Shown here piece by piece: positions 44,704 to 53,548 of a DNA stretch of 64,000 nt. This stretch comes from a phage. Location: the NCBI GenBank assembly GCA_019338205.1, contig GCA_019338205.1_4761.1; one strand, given 5' to 3'. The notes under the pieces were generated by a model. That model saw only the letters and a program-made list of their open reading frames with translations, was not told where the DNA came from and did no database searches. Both the position numbers and the translations under genes were made by a program. The number at the start of each line of letters is the position of its first letter. The stretch's first letter is position 1.

Positions 44704-45696
44704 ATGACTAAAGCAAAAATCACCGTCTCTGACCGTAACGTTCAATGCCTGGATTCTGAAAAACAAATCAAACTGGCTAAACAGTGGGGCGAAGGTAAGT
44801 TTACTACCCGCGAAGCACTTGCGGCAGCATTTGGGGTATCTCGTCGTACTGCCTCCCGTGTATTACTGATTCAGAAAGACGCAGTAGCGGAAGGTCGCAA
44901 GGCACTAGAAAAACGTAAAGCACGCCGTAAAACCAGTAAAGGAAAAGGCGGTGAACGCGCAAAAAAGCCCGTGACTACTTCCTCAAAAATCGTAGCAATA
45001 GCCTCAACTAAGTTTATTACTATTACATGTGGTGACATTGTTTATACTGCTGATCCGTCGCATGTTAACTTTAATGAAGCACTGGAAGCGATTAAACATA
45101 ATGATTTCATCAAAGCTATTACGCTGATTGACATTAAGAAAGCGGTTGAAGTATATTATCACGGCGCTTTCCGTATCGAAAATGGTATTGTGTATTATCA
45201 TAATATTGTTCTTGATAATAATCTGACTCGTCGAGTTGTGGAGTCGATTAAAGAGAATAAGCCATATACGCACTATCTGAACTTCTTTGAGAAGTGCAAG
45301 AAAAACCCTAGCCGTAAGGCCGTAGATCGTCTATTTGACTTCTTAGAGCACAACGACATTGAGATCGTGGAAGATGGTTGTTTCTATGCATGGAAACGTG
45401 TTGATGTTGATTATAAAGATTTCTTTACGCATACGTTTGATAATAGCCCAGGTCGCACGGTTAAAATGAAGCGTAAAGACGTGGACCCAGATGATGATCG
45501 CACTTGCTCTAATGGCCTCCACGTTGCAGCGAAACACTATATTCCGCACTATGGCGGTGGACGAGGCCGAATCATTAAATGTAAAGTTGATCCGCGTCAC
45601 GTTGTAAGTATCCCGAAAGATTATGCGAATGCCAAAATGCGCTGTCATCGTTACTATGTGGTTGAAGATGTAACCGAAGGTTTTAGCCATTACTAA
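44704..45696 (+). CDS. rIIB: rIIB protein
   Basis: size and position downstream of rIIA; N-terminal HTH-like segment. Confidence 0.6.
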   Translation: MTKAKITVSDRNVQCLDSEKQIKLAKQWGEGKFTTREALAAAFGVSRRTASRVLLIQKDAVAEGRKALEKRKARRKTSKGKGGERAKKPVTTSSKIVAIASTKFITITCGDIVYTADPSHVNFNEALEAIKHNDFIKAITLIDIKKAVEVYYHGAFRIENGIVYYHNIVLDNNLTRRVVESIKENKPYTHYLNFFEKCKKNPSRKAVDRLFDFLEHNDIEIVEDGCFYAWKRVDVDYKDFFTHTFDNSPGRTVKMKRKDVDPDDDRTCSNGLHVAAKHYIPHYGGGRGRIIKCKVDPRHVVSIPKDYANAKMRCHRYYVVEDVTEGFSHY

Positions 45697-45710
45697 CAGA
45701 GGAATTAATT

Positions 45711-46028
45711 ATGGTTGATATGAAAGTTACTTGCGAAAGTGCACATGTTGAAGTAGAACAGGTAGCATATCCATCTCGACGCGTTACGGTGACTTTAGAC
45801 GATGTGGATCTGGCTAATAATGTTACCGTTGAAGATATCGTTAATGAGTATGATCATAGCGAACTGCTAGATGCAATCCCTGAACATGTTGTTATTCAGC
45901 ACGTAGTAAGCAATAATGATCCATCGACTTTCATTAAAGAATATGGCGCTGATGAAATGCTCGATGAAATTGGTGAAAAGATTGTTATTGCATGGCTTGA
46001 AAACAACGGCTATACTGTAGAACAATAA
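45711..46028 (+). CDS. hypothetical acidic protein
   Basis: 105 aa ORF. Confidence 0.5.
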   Translation: MVDMKVTCESAHVEVEQVAYPSRRVTVTLDDVDLANNVTVEDIVNEYDHSELLDAIPEHVVIQHVVSNNDPSTFIKEYGADEMLDEIGEKIVIAWLENNGYTVEQ

Positions 46029-46035
46029 TAAACAT

Positions 46036-46060
46036 AGGCCGCGCAAAGCGGCCTTTCTTA
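46036..46060 (+). terminator. intrinsic terminator
   Basis: AGGCCGCGCAAAGCGGCCT hairpin + TTCTT. Confidence 0.5.
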
Positions 46061-46073
46061 GAGGGAATACATT

Positions 46074-46367
46074 ATGACGGTCACGATTATTACCAAATAC
46101 GACGACGAAAATGTGATTTACGGTGATGTGGTTGTTGTTCACGGTCGTAGCATGAAAGTTACTGGTAATTGTAAAGATGGTGCTATTATTTGCGGTGAAT
46201 TGGTGAGAACCGTCAATCCTATCACCGACGAACAAAAGCGAGTCATTATCAGAAAACTTAAAGACAGTGGATATTGTAACGTTGTGGTGATTCAGGAAAA
46301 ATTTGAAGTAGGCCACTTATACACAAATCAGAAAACAATTCCGGTATCAATGGTTAAAGGCGGTTAA
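46074..46367 (+). CDS. hypothetical protein
   Basis: 97 aa ORF. Confidence 0.5.
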   Translation: MTVTIITKYDDENVIYGDVVVVHGRSMKVTGNCKDGAIICGELVRTVNPITDEQKRVIIRKLKDSGYCNVVVIQEKFEVGHLYTNQKTIPVSMVKGG

Positions 46368-46369
46368 TA

Positions 46370-46732
46370 ATGCTAGGTCATTCTAAAATAGAAGATTGCT
46401 CATTCAGAGCAATGAAAGATGATTTTTCGGTCCTGTACGCGTCTATCCGAGAGTTGTTTGTAGATTTTAAGCAATTCAGAGAATACAAAGGCGTTAAGAT
46501 GCGGGAGTGGGTATTCTGGCCTTTCTATATCATTACTCTGTTTTCTATGGTATTTTGTTTTGTCGGGATCACTATCGCTAGCTTTGTTACTTGCGTTTTC
46601 TTGATTATCCGGTGTATCATGTTTGCTTTGATTGCTGCCCCGTTTATTGTGTCAATCCTTCCGTTAAAATGGCTATTGGATTGGGCTGATAAATCTGATA
46701 AAGTAAAGAATGTGATTTGTAAGCGTGTATGA
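46370..46732 (+). CDS. hypothetical membrane protein
   Basis: 120 aa with two long hydrophobic segments. Confidence 0.5.
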   Translation: MLGHSKIEDCSFRAMKDDFSVLYASIRELFVDFKQFREYKGVKMREWVFWPFYIITLFSMVFCFVGITIASFVTCVFLIIRCIMFALIAAPFIVSILPLKWLLDWADKSDKVKNVICKRV

Positions 46733-46739
46733 GGTGAAG

Positions 46740-48086
46740 ATGAATAAATCAGTTACTTACCGCAGCCTTGAAAGCATTGTACATAATGAAGCTAAGGAAT
46801 ATGCGATCTATTCCGCCGAGGAACGCGGTATTCCTCAATTAGTAGATGGTCTTAAACCAGTGCAACGCTTTGTTATGGAATGCGCTTTGCAAAAGAGTAA
46901 AGGCGACCGTAAGAAATTCCGTAAGATGGCAGATATTGGATCTGGTGTTGCTGAGTTGGGTTATCACCACGGGGAAACTAATGCCGTAGAAGCCGGATCA
47001 CTCATGGCGAATACATGGAGCAATAATACTCCACTGCTTGACGGTCAAGGTAACTTCGGATCGCGTTTAGTCCAGAAAGCGGGTGCGGCACGTTATATTT
47101 TTGCTCGTGTGCATGAAAACTTCTTTAAAATCTATAAAGATATGAATTGCGCACCTAAGCACGAAGATCTGGAACACATCCCGCCAGCGTTCTACTTGCC
47201 AGTTGTGCCAATGGTATTGGCTAATGGTATTAGTGGTATTGCTACAGGGTATAAAACTGACATTTTACCGCATTCACTGGAAAGCCTCATTGAATGCACA
47301 GAGCTAGCACTTGCCGGAAAACTGGATAAAGAACCTAGTGTTCAATTCCCGAAATTCACGGGTAAAGTTATCCCGCGAGATGATCGCGATGGTGTGATTC
47401 TTGAGGGTACATATGAACTAAACGGCAAGACTAAGCTGACAATATCAGAAGTTCCTTATAAGTTCGACCGTGAAGAATATGTAGCGGTACTGGATGCACT
47501 GGAAGAAAAAGATCTGATTGTATCGTATAATGACCGTTGCTCTAAGGATGGATTCAGATTTGAAGTAACACTGAAACGCGATTATTTCAAAAGCGAAGAT
47601 GAATCCGCTCGACATGAGCAAATCATGAAGGATTTTAAACTAACACAGTTAGTAGCCCAGAATATCGTAGTGGTTAATGAACGTGGTTTAGTAGAAGTAT
47701 TCGAGAAAGCGAGCGATCTGATCCGTCGATTCGTCGAAATCCGATTAGGGTATGTCGATAAGCGCATTGAATTGATGCAAGCGGAAACGCTGGAAGCATA
47801 CAATTATGCAATGGCTAAAGCCGAATTTATCGATCGCGTAATTAAGGGCGAAATCGAGCTACAGGGAAAGAAAAAGGCCGAGGTAATGCAATCCATCAAT
47901 GGACATGAAAAACTGCGTCCATACGCCGATAAGCTAGTTTCTATGCCATTGTATAGCGTTACTCAAGAAGAGTATGATCGACTGGTCAAAGATGCCGAGA
48001 AACATCATAGTGAATATGAGTATTGGACAAAGACGACCGCAATGAAGGAATATAAGAAAGATCTTAAAGAACTTAAGAAGGGTTGA
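46740..48086 (+). CDS. 52: DNA topoisomerase II medium subunit gp52 (GyrA-like)
   Basis: GLKPVQRFV, GYHHGE, LLDGQGNFGS, YIFARV motifs; active-site Tyr region. Confidence 0.85.
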   Translation: MNKSVTYRSLESIVHNEAKEYAIYSAEERGIPQLVDGLKPVQRFVMECALQKSKGDRKKFRKMADIGSGVAELGYHHGETNAVEAGSLMANTWSNNTPLLDGQGNFGSRLVQKAGAARYIFARVHENFFKIYKDMNCAPKHEDLEHIPPAFYLPVVPMVLANGISGIATGYKTDILPHSLESLIECTELALAGKLDKEPSVQFPKFTGKVIPRDDRDGVILEGTYELNGKTKLTISEVPYKFDREEYVAVLDALEEKDLIVSYNDRCSKDGFRFEVTLKRDYFKSEDESARHEQIMKDFKLTQLVAQNIVVVNERGLVEVFEKASDLIRRFVEIRLGYVDKRIELMQAETLEAYNYAMAKAEFIDRVIKGEIELQGKKKAEVMQSINGHEKLRPYADKLVSMPLYSVTQEEYDRLVKDAEKHHSEYEYWTKTTAMKEYKKDLKELKKG

Positions 48087-48292
48087 TTATGAAAGAATAT
48101 CCAGAAGGCGGTTATGTGGCTTTCGTGTACAACAATAAAAAGATTGTGCCAATGGTCGTTGAGACTATGGAAGAAGCCAACCGGATCACTATTGAATCTC
48201 TGAATAAGTTAGCAGAGATAACAAACACACCAGAACACAGAGCAACGATAGACTATTTGATGAAAGAATTTTTGGAGGGAAAGTATGACTGA
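48083..48292 (+). CDS. hypothetical protein
   Basis: 69 aa ORF coupled to gp52. Confidence 0.45.
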   Translation: MIMKEYPEGGYVAFVYNNKKIVPMVVETMEEANRITIESLNKLAEITNTPEHRATIDYLMKEFLEGKYD

Positions 48293-48680
48293 ACGACGCA
48301 TTACTTCAAATGGTTTGGGTACTCATCATGCCTGGATGGTTGACCCAGACAAAAATCCTTATAAACTTTACGATACAACGATTAAACCGTGGAATAATGG
48401 CGTATGGAAAACACCACCCACAACAGCACCTATTATGACTGATCCGCAACCGATTAGCCCTATGGCGGAACCAGTACAGATTAAGCCGTTACCTTACCAG
48501 ATAACAACGAATAGCATCGCCAACAAACAAGAAAATGATATTGATATGATCTACGAGATGATTAAACTTTGGCGTGATGTTTATCTGGGCGTTCTCTGCA
48601 ACACAGATAAAAGTGCACATGCGGCAGCGGTACTGGCATCTCATGCGGTAGACGAAGCCAAAAAGAAATTTAGTAAGTAA
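48285..48680 (+). CDS. hypothetical protein
   Basis: 131 aa ORF. Confidence 0.5.
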   Translation: MTERRITSNGLGTHHAWMVDPDKNPYKLYDTTIKPWNNGVWKTPPTTAPIMTDPQPISPMAEPVQIKPLPYQITTNSIANKQENDIDMIYEMIKLWRDVYLGVLCNTDKSAHAAAVLASHAVDEAKKKFSK

Positions 48681-48690
48681 CTGATTATTA

Positions 48691-48721
48691 AGCCGATCCT
48701 TGTGGTCGGCTTTTTTATTTT
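48691..48721 (+). terminator. intrinsic terminator
   Basis: AGCCGATCCTTGTGGTCGGCT hairpin + TTTTTTATTTT. Confidence 0.75.
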
Positions 48722-48730
48722 AAAAAGTTG

Positions 48731-48759
48731 TTGACTTCACGAATCCAGCCTCGCATAAT
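48731..48759 (+). promoter_or_regulatory. sigma70-like promoter
   Basis: TTGACT 48731-48736, 17 bp spacer, CATAAT. Confidence 0.5.
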
Positions 48760-48790
48760 ACACACATACCAAACAAAAGGAGAATCAAAG

Positions 48791-49063
48791 ATGAGCAACG
48801 AAAACAGCAAAGTGTTAGCAATTGCAAATAAAGTAGGTTACTGGAAATGCTGGGATGATATGGAGAAATTAGGCGGTCGCTATCTCGATAACTTAGAGTT
48901 GCATTATTGCCAAGCGCGTAATGCAGAAGTTGCGGGAGTAGCAATCGAAGATATTCCGTCTAAGGTCTTCGGATTCTCTAAAGATGATACTTTAGAATAT
49001 GTTTTCAAGGCTGTTATGGATCAAGCATGGGAAGACGCAGAGACACGCGCTCTTGATTGGTGA
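48791..49063 (+). CDS. hypothetical protein
   Basis: 90 aa; AAGGAGAATCAAAGATG. Confidence 0.5.
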   Translation: MSNENSKVLAIANKVGYWKCWDDMEKLGGRYLDNLELHYCQARNAEVAGVAIEDIPSKVFGFSKDDTLEYVFKAVMDQAWEDAETRALDW

Positions 49064-49067
49064 TAAT

Positions 49068-49229
49068 ATGAACTGGTATAAAATTTGGAAAAATCAGGTG
49101 GAGGCTTATCTAGGGTATAAGCCCACCGACGAAGAATTACTTGAAGCAATGTACGAAGACGGACTAAATCCGAAAGTAGCCGCGCAAGAATACGCGGAAT
49201 GGGTGAAGGTCGAAAATAATTTAAAATAG
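49068..49229 (+). CDS. hypothetical small protein
   Basis: 53 aa ORF. Confidence 0.35.
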   Translation: MNWYKIWKNQVEAYLGYKPTDEELLEAMYEDGLNPKVAAQEYAEWVKVENNLK

Positions 49230-49232
49230 TTG

Positions 49233-49261
49233 TTGACGTAAAGAAACGGGAGTAGTAATAT
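49233..49261 (+). promoter_or_regulatory. sigma70-like promoter with GGGAGTA/TACTCCC inverted repeat
   Basis: TTGACG 49233-49238, 17 bp spacer, TAATAT 49256-49261. Confidence 0.55.
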
Positions 49262-49293
49262 ACTCCCATACCAAACGAAAGAAGGAGAATCAC

Positions 49294-49506
49294 ATGAAAT
49301 CTAGTGAGCAAGTAGTGACTGAATTTATGAGCTACGAAGGAAACCGCATCTTTGGACGTTCTCAAGTTCGCGAGATCGTAGAAGAAGTTGCGGGAGAGTT
49401 TGCGGAATCTGGTCACGTTATCACGCAAGAACGTAAAGAAGAAGCAGTAAGCCAGATCATGGCTATGCAGAAAATGCGTATTAATGCACGAGCGGGTAAA
49501 AATTAA
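49294..49506 (+). CDS. hypothetical protein
   Basis: 70 aa; AAGGAGAATCACATG. Confidence 0.5.
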   Translation: MKSSEQVVTEFMSYEGNRIFGRSQVREIVEEVAGEFAESGHVITQERKEEAVSQIMAMQKMRINARAGKN

Positions 49507-49516
49507 AAAATAGTTG

Positions 49517-49545
49517 TTGACAGGGGATCGGCGATCCCCTATACT
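49517..49545 (+). promoter_or_regulatory. sigma70-like promoter with spacer palindrome GGGGATCGGCGATCCCC
   Basis: TTGACA 49517-49522, 17 bp spacer, TATACT 49540-49545. Confidence 0.6.
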
Positions 49546-49576
49546 AAACTCATCAAGACAACGAAGGAGAATCAAA

Positions 49577-49732
49577 ATGAAACATACTCACAAATTAATG
49601 GTTAAATTTTAAGGCGCTAAAGGATATGAACGTTACGGTGTATTCTTCTCTGAGGATGATGCATGGAATGCTGGTCTGGCAACGTTCGCCGAGCACAACA
49701 ACATTGAAGACTTTACTGTAGAAGAAATTTAA
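49577..49732 (+). pseudogene. small ORF interrupted by an in-frame TAA (candidate pseudogene or readthrough)
   Basis: Promoter + AAGGAGAATCAAAATG, 11 codons, TAA at 49610-49612, then 39 in-frame sense codons to TAA 49730-49732. Confidence 0.35.
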
Positions 49733-49739
49733 AAAGTAG

Positions 49740-49768
49740 TTGACACCGGATTAAGGGAGTAGTAAGAT
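49740..49768 (+). promoter_or_regulatory. sigma70-like promoter with GGGAGTA/TACTCCC inverted repeat
   Basis: TTGACA 49740-49745, 17 bp spacer, TAAGAT 49763-49768. Confidence 0.6.
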
Positions 49769-49802
49769 ACTCCCATCAAGACAAAACACTGAGGAATATA
49801 TT

Positions 49803-50561
49803 ATGAAAAACATTATCGCTGCTATCGTTCTTTCTGCTACTGCTTTCGGTGCTAACGCTGCGTCCTTTGATTGCGCTAAAGCTACTACCAAATCAGAGAA
49901 GTTTATTTGTGCTAATGAGTCTATCTCCGCACTGGACTCTAAACTTCATGAAGTGTATGTTAAGGCTGTTAAGATTGATCCGTCTCTGAAACAAGAGCAA
50001 CGAAACTGGAATAAAACTGTTCGTGATACAATGATCAATATCGGGCAGATTCAGCCACTGGAGGCTGTATACAACGCTCAAATCCAAAACTTGATGAATG
50101 TATTACCTAAAGAAGAAACCGCGTCAGAAAGCGATTCAGAGACTTCTGCGAAGGTTGAAGAAGAACAACCGAAACAGGAAGCAAAAGTGGTAGAAGAACC
50201 GAAGGTCGAAACTTTTACCTATCAATGCACTGTTCGCTATGAGTGGAGTATTAAAGATGGAATTTCTACCAAAATTAAAGAAGCGCCACTGTATGCCAAA
50301 TATGGAAATCAACCAGGAGATCTTAAAGTAACCATTAAAAATGGGAAGATGGTTGATTTTGTATACATTGATGAATACAACGTACACAAAGCAAACGTAC
50401 AAGAAACCGTTATGACTAAAGGCGGGTTTTATAAGAATGTTGGCAAGAAAGATCTATATGAATACTCCGTTTTCGAACCAAACGACGGAACTATTCGATT
50501 TGAAAAACGTCATCCTACATTCGGTGGAGCAATTGATGTAGATCAATACGTTTGCAAGTAA
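49803..50561 (+). CDS. secreted protein with LprI-like architecture (DUF1311-like N-domain + MliC-like C-domain)
   Basis: Signal peptide MKNIIAAIVLSATAFGANA; FDCAKATTKSEKFIC..LDSKLHEVY..QRNWNKTVRD; acidic linker; C-domain with two Cys. Confidence 0.55.
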   Translation: MKNIIAAIVLSATAFGANAASFDCAKATTKSEKFICANESISALDSKLHEVYVKAVKIDPSLKQEQRNWNKTVRDTMINIGQIQPLEAVYNAQIQNLMNVLPKEETASESDSETSAKVEEEQPKQEAKVVEEPKVETFTYQCTVRYEWSIKDGISTKIKEAPLYAKYGNQPGDLKVTIKNGKMVDFVYIDEYNVHKANVQETVMTKGGFYKNVGKKDLYEYSVFEPNDGTIRFEKRHPTFGGAIDVDQYVCK

Positions 50562-50572
50562 GAGGTTAAATT

Positions 50573-50860
50573 ATGCAATTCAATAACATGAAGATTACAA
50601 AAGATTGGTGGAAGGCGATGCAAGATACTCCAGAAACCAAATTGAATGAGACCACAACAACAATACAAGTTGATTACGAAGATCCGAAAGACATATACAG
50701 AGAGATTTTAATCAGAGAGCTTATAAAAGCTGGAAACTATCAAACACCAGATGGCCTTATTGACATGATGGTTAAAGGTCTGTATAGTGGTAAAAATCCA
50801 GATATTTTACCGTGGTACGAGGGATATTTTAAAACATATCGTGACCACAACCGAAAATAA
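50573..50860 (+). CDS. hypothetical protein
   Basis: 95 aa ORF. Confidence 0.5.
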   Translation: MQFNNMKITKDWWKAMQDTPETKLNETTTTIQVDYEDPKDIYREILIRELIKAGNYQTPDGLIDMMVKGLYSGKNPDILPWYEGYFKTYRDHNRK

Positions 50861-50883
50861 GTTGTTGACGTGAGGATTATATT

Positions 50884-51075
50884 ATGGTAATTTTTAATCG
50901 TGATGGTATCATAGTTCGGCAACATCCATTCCTTGAATACTATCAGGTTGAACAATGGGGATATGGGGATTGCTCGCGCTCATACGGTCAAAGCTGGGGA
51001 TACCGTACAGTTTTTGAATCAACTAATATTGACAAAATACGACAGAAAGTTTTAGAACTTCTGAACGATAAGTGA
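50884..51075 (+). CDS. hypothetical protein
   Basis: 63 aa; GAGGATTATATTATG. Confidence 0.45.
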   Translation: MVIFNRDGIIVRQHPFLEYYQVEQWGYGDCSRSYGQSWGYRTVFESTNIDKIRQKVLELLNDK

Positions 51076-51085
51076 GGATTGCATC

Positions 51086-51454
51086 ATGGAAATTCAAAAC
51101 AATTACGAAAAATGTGTTATTATCAATGATCTGCAACGTCAATTGCATCATTACGAAACCGATTATAAAACATCAACAAAAACCGGAAAGTTGAAAGTGT
51201 GGGAAGTCTGGTATAACCGAAACTATCTGGGAAGCATCCACAAACTTGATCGCAGTGATGTTTATACAATGCATGTAGGCGCTTGTGGTGAATCGGATGT
51301 AGCATCTAATTTCATGGAAGCACTTGCATTCTATGTAGAATATCTGGTAGACTATATCGAGTTGGAAGAGGAAGTGGTAGAATTGCTTCCTCCACCGGAA
51401 GAAGCGCCGGAAGCAACGATCCTGAAAGCATTAAAGAAAATCTTTGTTAAGTGA
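51086..51454 (+). CDS. hypothetical protein
   Basis: 122 aa ORF. Confidence 0.5.
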   Translation: MEIQNNYEKCVIINDLQRQLHHYETDYKTSTKTGKLKVWEVWYNRNYLGSIHKLDRSDVYTMHVGACGESDVASNFMEALAFYVEYLVDYIELEEEVVELLPPPEEAPEATILKALKKIFVK

Positions 51455-51462
51455 GGTGAACT

Positions 51463-51795
51463 ATGAAAAATGTACTGATTGTGTGGGAACTGATTCCAGA
51501 AACTACTGAATTATACATGGTACAGGTTGATAATAAAGAATTTGAAATTCTGAAACGCGTCAACTGCAAATATATTAACATTGATGACATAACCCCAGAA
51601 ATGGACTATGTAAACTATGCTCTCATGCAGCCTAGTTGGATTATGGATGAAACTAAAGCAGACGCCGAATCGCTGGGTGTACCGGAAGAAGTATTAGCGA
51701 AATGGCATCAATTCAAAGTTGAAATAAAGGAGGGCGAACCGTTTATTCCTAGCGGTATGATCGATGCGGTGATCGTAACAGGTTTTCATCTGTAA
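51463..51795 (+). CDS. hypothetical protein
   Basis: 110 aa ORF. Confidence 0.5.
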   Translation: MKNVLIVWELIPETTELYMVQVDNKEFEILKRVNCKYINIDDITPEMDYVNYALMQPSWIMDETKADAESLGVPEEVLAKWHQFKVEIKEGEPFIPSGMIDAVIVTGFHL

Positions 51796-51807
51796 GGAGA
51801 TTATACA

Positions 51808-52140
51808 ATGTTTAACTATGACAAATATGAATCATGGAAAGCGACCGAATTGAAAGAGGCAGCGCGGTTAATCACACCGCGTCTTTATCCGGTGCTGTTT
51901 AGCGCCGATAAAGTAACAAGGGAAGTCAACGAGGCGCTATCGGTTTTAGGCTATCTGATCGATAAAGTAGAGAAAACATCGGTATTCACAAATAGCGTAG
52001 AATATACACGGTATCGAGTGTTTTTAGATTCCTTGCTCGTTGTCATTAAGGCACTAAATGATCATAACTACACCATGAACATGACGAAAATAATCGACGA
52101 AGCAAGAATTATGACAGAGAATATTTTCGGTAAATTTTGA
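51808..52140 (+). CDS. hypothetical protein, paralog of 52249..52578
   Basis: C-terminal ..ARIMTENIFGKF vs ..ARKLAENVYGKF. Confidence 0.5.
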   Translation: MFNYDKYESWKATELKEAARLITPRLYPVLFSADKVTREVNEALSVLGYLIDKVEKTSVFTNSVEYTRYRVFLDSLLVVIKALNDHNYTMNMTKIIDEARIMTENIFGKF

Positions 52141-52142
52141 TT

Positions 52143-52265
52143 ATGAAAGATGATGAATCATTGAAAATTGCACTGGTTATGTTATTACACTGTATAGAAT
52201 TAGCAAACCACGAAAAAATGTTGAAACAACAGCGTGAAATTATGAGAGGTGATTATGATCGAGTT
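52143..52265 (+). CDS. hypothetical small protein
   Basis: 40 aa ORF filling intergenic gap; weak. Confidence 0.2.
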
Positions 52266-52578
52266 TGAAATTGACAACTTTCACGAAAAAGCAGAAGACA
52301 TAACCAAAATTTTGATTAGTCGAGGTGCATATAATACTAAAGATATTATAAAAGAAGTTAATGTAGCGATGGACGCGATCCGAAATGAATTTAAACATAT
52401 TTCAGAGATTGGAGAAAATGGTCATCTTGAAGATGTTGAGCTGGTAGCACTGCGACGCTATTACTTCTTTGTTGATTGCATCATTGATCTAGCTAAAAAT
52501 TATAGTCATTACATGAAAGATATTGTAAAAGATGCACGTAAGCTGGCAGAGAATGTTTACGGGAAGTTTCCAGAATGA
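52249..52578 (+). CDS. hypothetical protein, paralog of 51808..52140
   Basis: 109 aa; GAGAGGTGATTATG. Confidence 0.5.
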   Translation: MIMIEFEIDNFHEKAEDITKILISRGAYNTKDIIKEVNVAMDAIRNEFKHISEIGENGHLEDVELVALRRYYFFVDCIIDLAKNYSHYMKDIVKDARKLAENVYGKFPE

Positions 52579-52823
52579 AATTAGAACAAGCGATTGTATA
52601 CTTTGAGATGGGCTATGATATTGCTCGTGTAGAGTGGGAAGATGGTGATTTTGTCCGATTGATTGATCTTCCAGAAACAGCTATTGCACTGGTCAAAGTA
52701 GAAAACGGCATACAACGCAATTACGCGTTTTCTGACGAAGACAAACAAGCCGATGACTGGTACGCTACATGTTTTCATCATACAGCGTCAAAATGCGATT
52801 CAGGCGCGTCTATGCGTCAATAA
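52575..52823 (+). CDS. hypothetical protein
   Basis: 82 aa ORF, last plus-strand gene before convergent terminator. Confidence 0.45.
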   Translation: MKLEQAIVYFEMGYDIARVEWEDGDFVRLIDLPETAIALVKVENGIQRNYAFSDEDKQADDWYATCFHHTASKCDSGASMRQ

Positions 52824-52858
52824 AAAAGAAGGGGAGGCCGAAAGGCTTCCCCTTTAAG
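52822..52858. terminator. bidirectional intrinsic terminator between convergent early (plus) and late (minus) units
   Basis: AAAAAAGAAGGGGAGGCCGAAAGGCTTCCCCTTTAAGTT: GC stem flanked by A-run and T-run. Confidence 0.75.
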
Positions 52859-53515
52859 TTATCTAATCCTTCCGAGGATTCTGGCAGATTGATTGCAAAG
52901 AGTATCTAAATTCTCAATGTCAATATCCGGTTTATTCTTCCATGCAATGGAGATACTACCAGAATAGACATTGTCGAGATTGAATATAGGACAAGAATAC
53001 ATAACCCCTATATCGATACTCTCTAATTTCTTTTCTCTTGATGGAATATACTGGAAATCTTTATCGGTAAAATAGGATTTACCTAAAAGATGCCTACGAT
53101 ATTCTTCACTCGTTTTATTGATAGGGAATCCGCCTAAATTCTTTTCGTCGATCGTATGAGGTAGCTTTCCTTCATATGCCACCAAATCAACAAAATAGTT
53201 TAGGTTTTTCGGACGAAAACTAAAAACAGCAGAAAAATCGGCATCAGCCGACACATGAACTATCTGTAACTGCTCCTGTGCTGCATTATCAAAATTGCGG
53301 TCTTTCTCTACCTGGAGAACGTGAGCATAAGTCTCATAACGAGTCTCTTTATAAAGCGCAAATAACTCGTTTTTACTATAAACGACAAATGCTAATATAG
53401 ACAACACGACGGCAGCAAAAACACGAAGTACGAGCAACTCCGTGCTTTTAGTTGTGAAAATAGCGCGCAGGACATTTGAGATAGCAAAGTCTTTCCCTTT
53501 TTCAGAAACTTGCAT
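52859..53515 (-). CDS. t: holin T
   Basis: 218 aa; QLQIVHVSADADFSAVFSFRPKNLNYFVDLVAYEGKLP, YSCPIFNLDNVYSG, ARILGR match T4 holin t as recalled. Confidence 0.85.
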   Translation of the reverse strand: MQVSEKGKDFAISNVLRAIFTTKSTELLVLRVFAAVVLSILAFVVYSKNELFALYKETRYETYAHVLQVEKDRNFDNAAQEQLQIVHVSADADFSAVFSFRPKNLNYFVDLVAYEGKLPHTIDEKNLGGFPINKTSEEYRRHLLGKSYFTDKDFQYIPSREKKLESIDIGVMYSCPIFNLDNVYSGSISIAWKNKPDIDIENLDTLCNQSARILGRIR

Positions 53516-53548
53516 ATAATGCCCTAAGATAACTATGACAGTGTACTC

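Noticed and set aside
49021-49575. 184 aa minus-strand ORF overlapping three small plus-strand early genes and two promoters
   Set aside because: The plus-strand genes each have a promoter and consensus RBS; the minus ORF has neither and runs against the transcription direction of the block.
50865-50870. TTGACG hexamer upstream of ORF 50884
   Set aside because: Only 13 nt from the start codon, leaving no room for a spacer, -10 and leader; treated as chance match.
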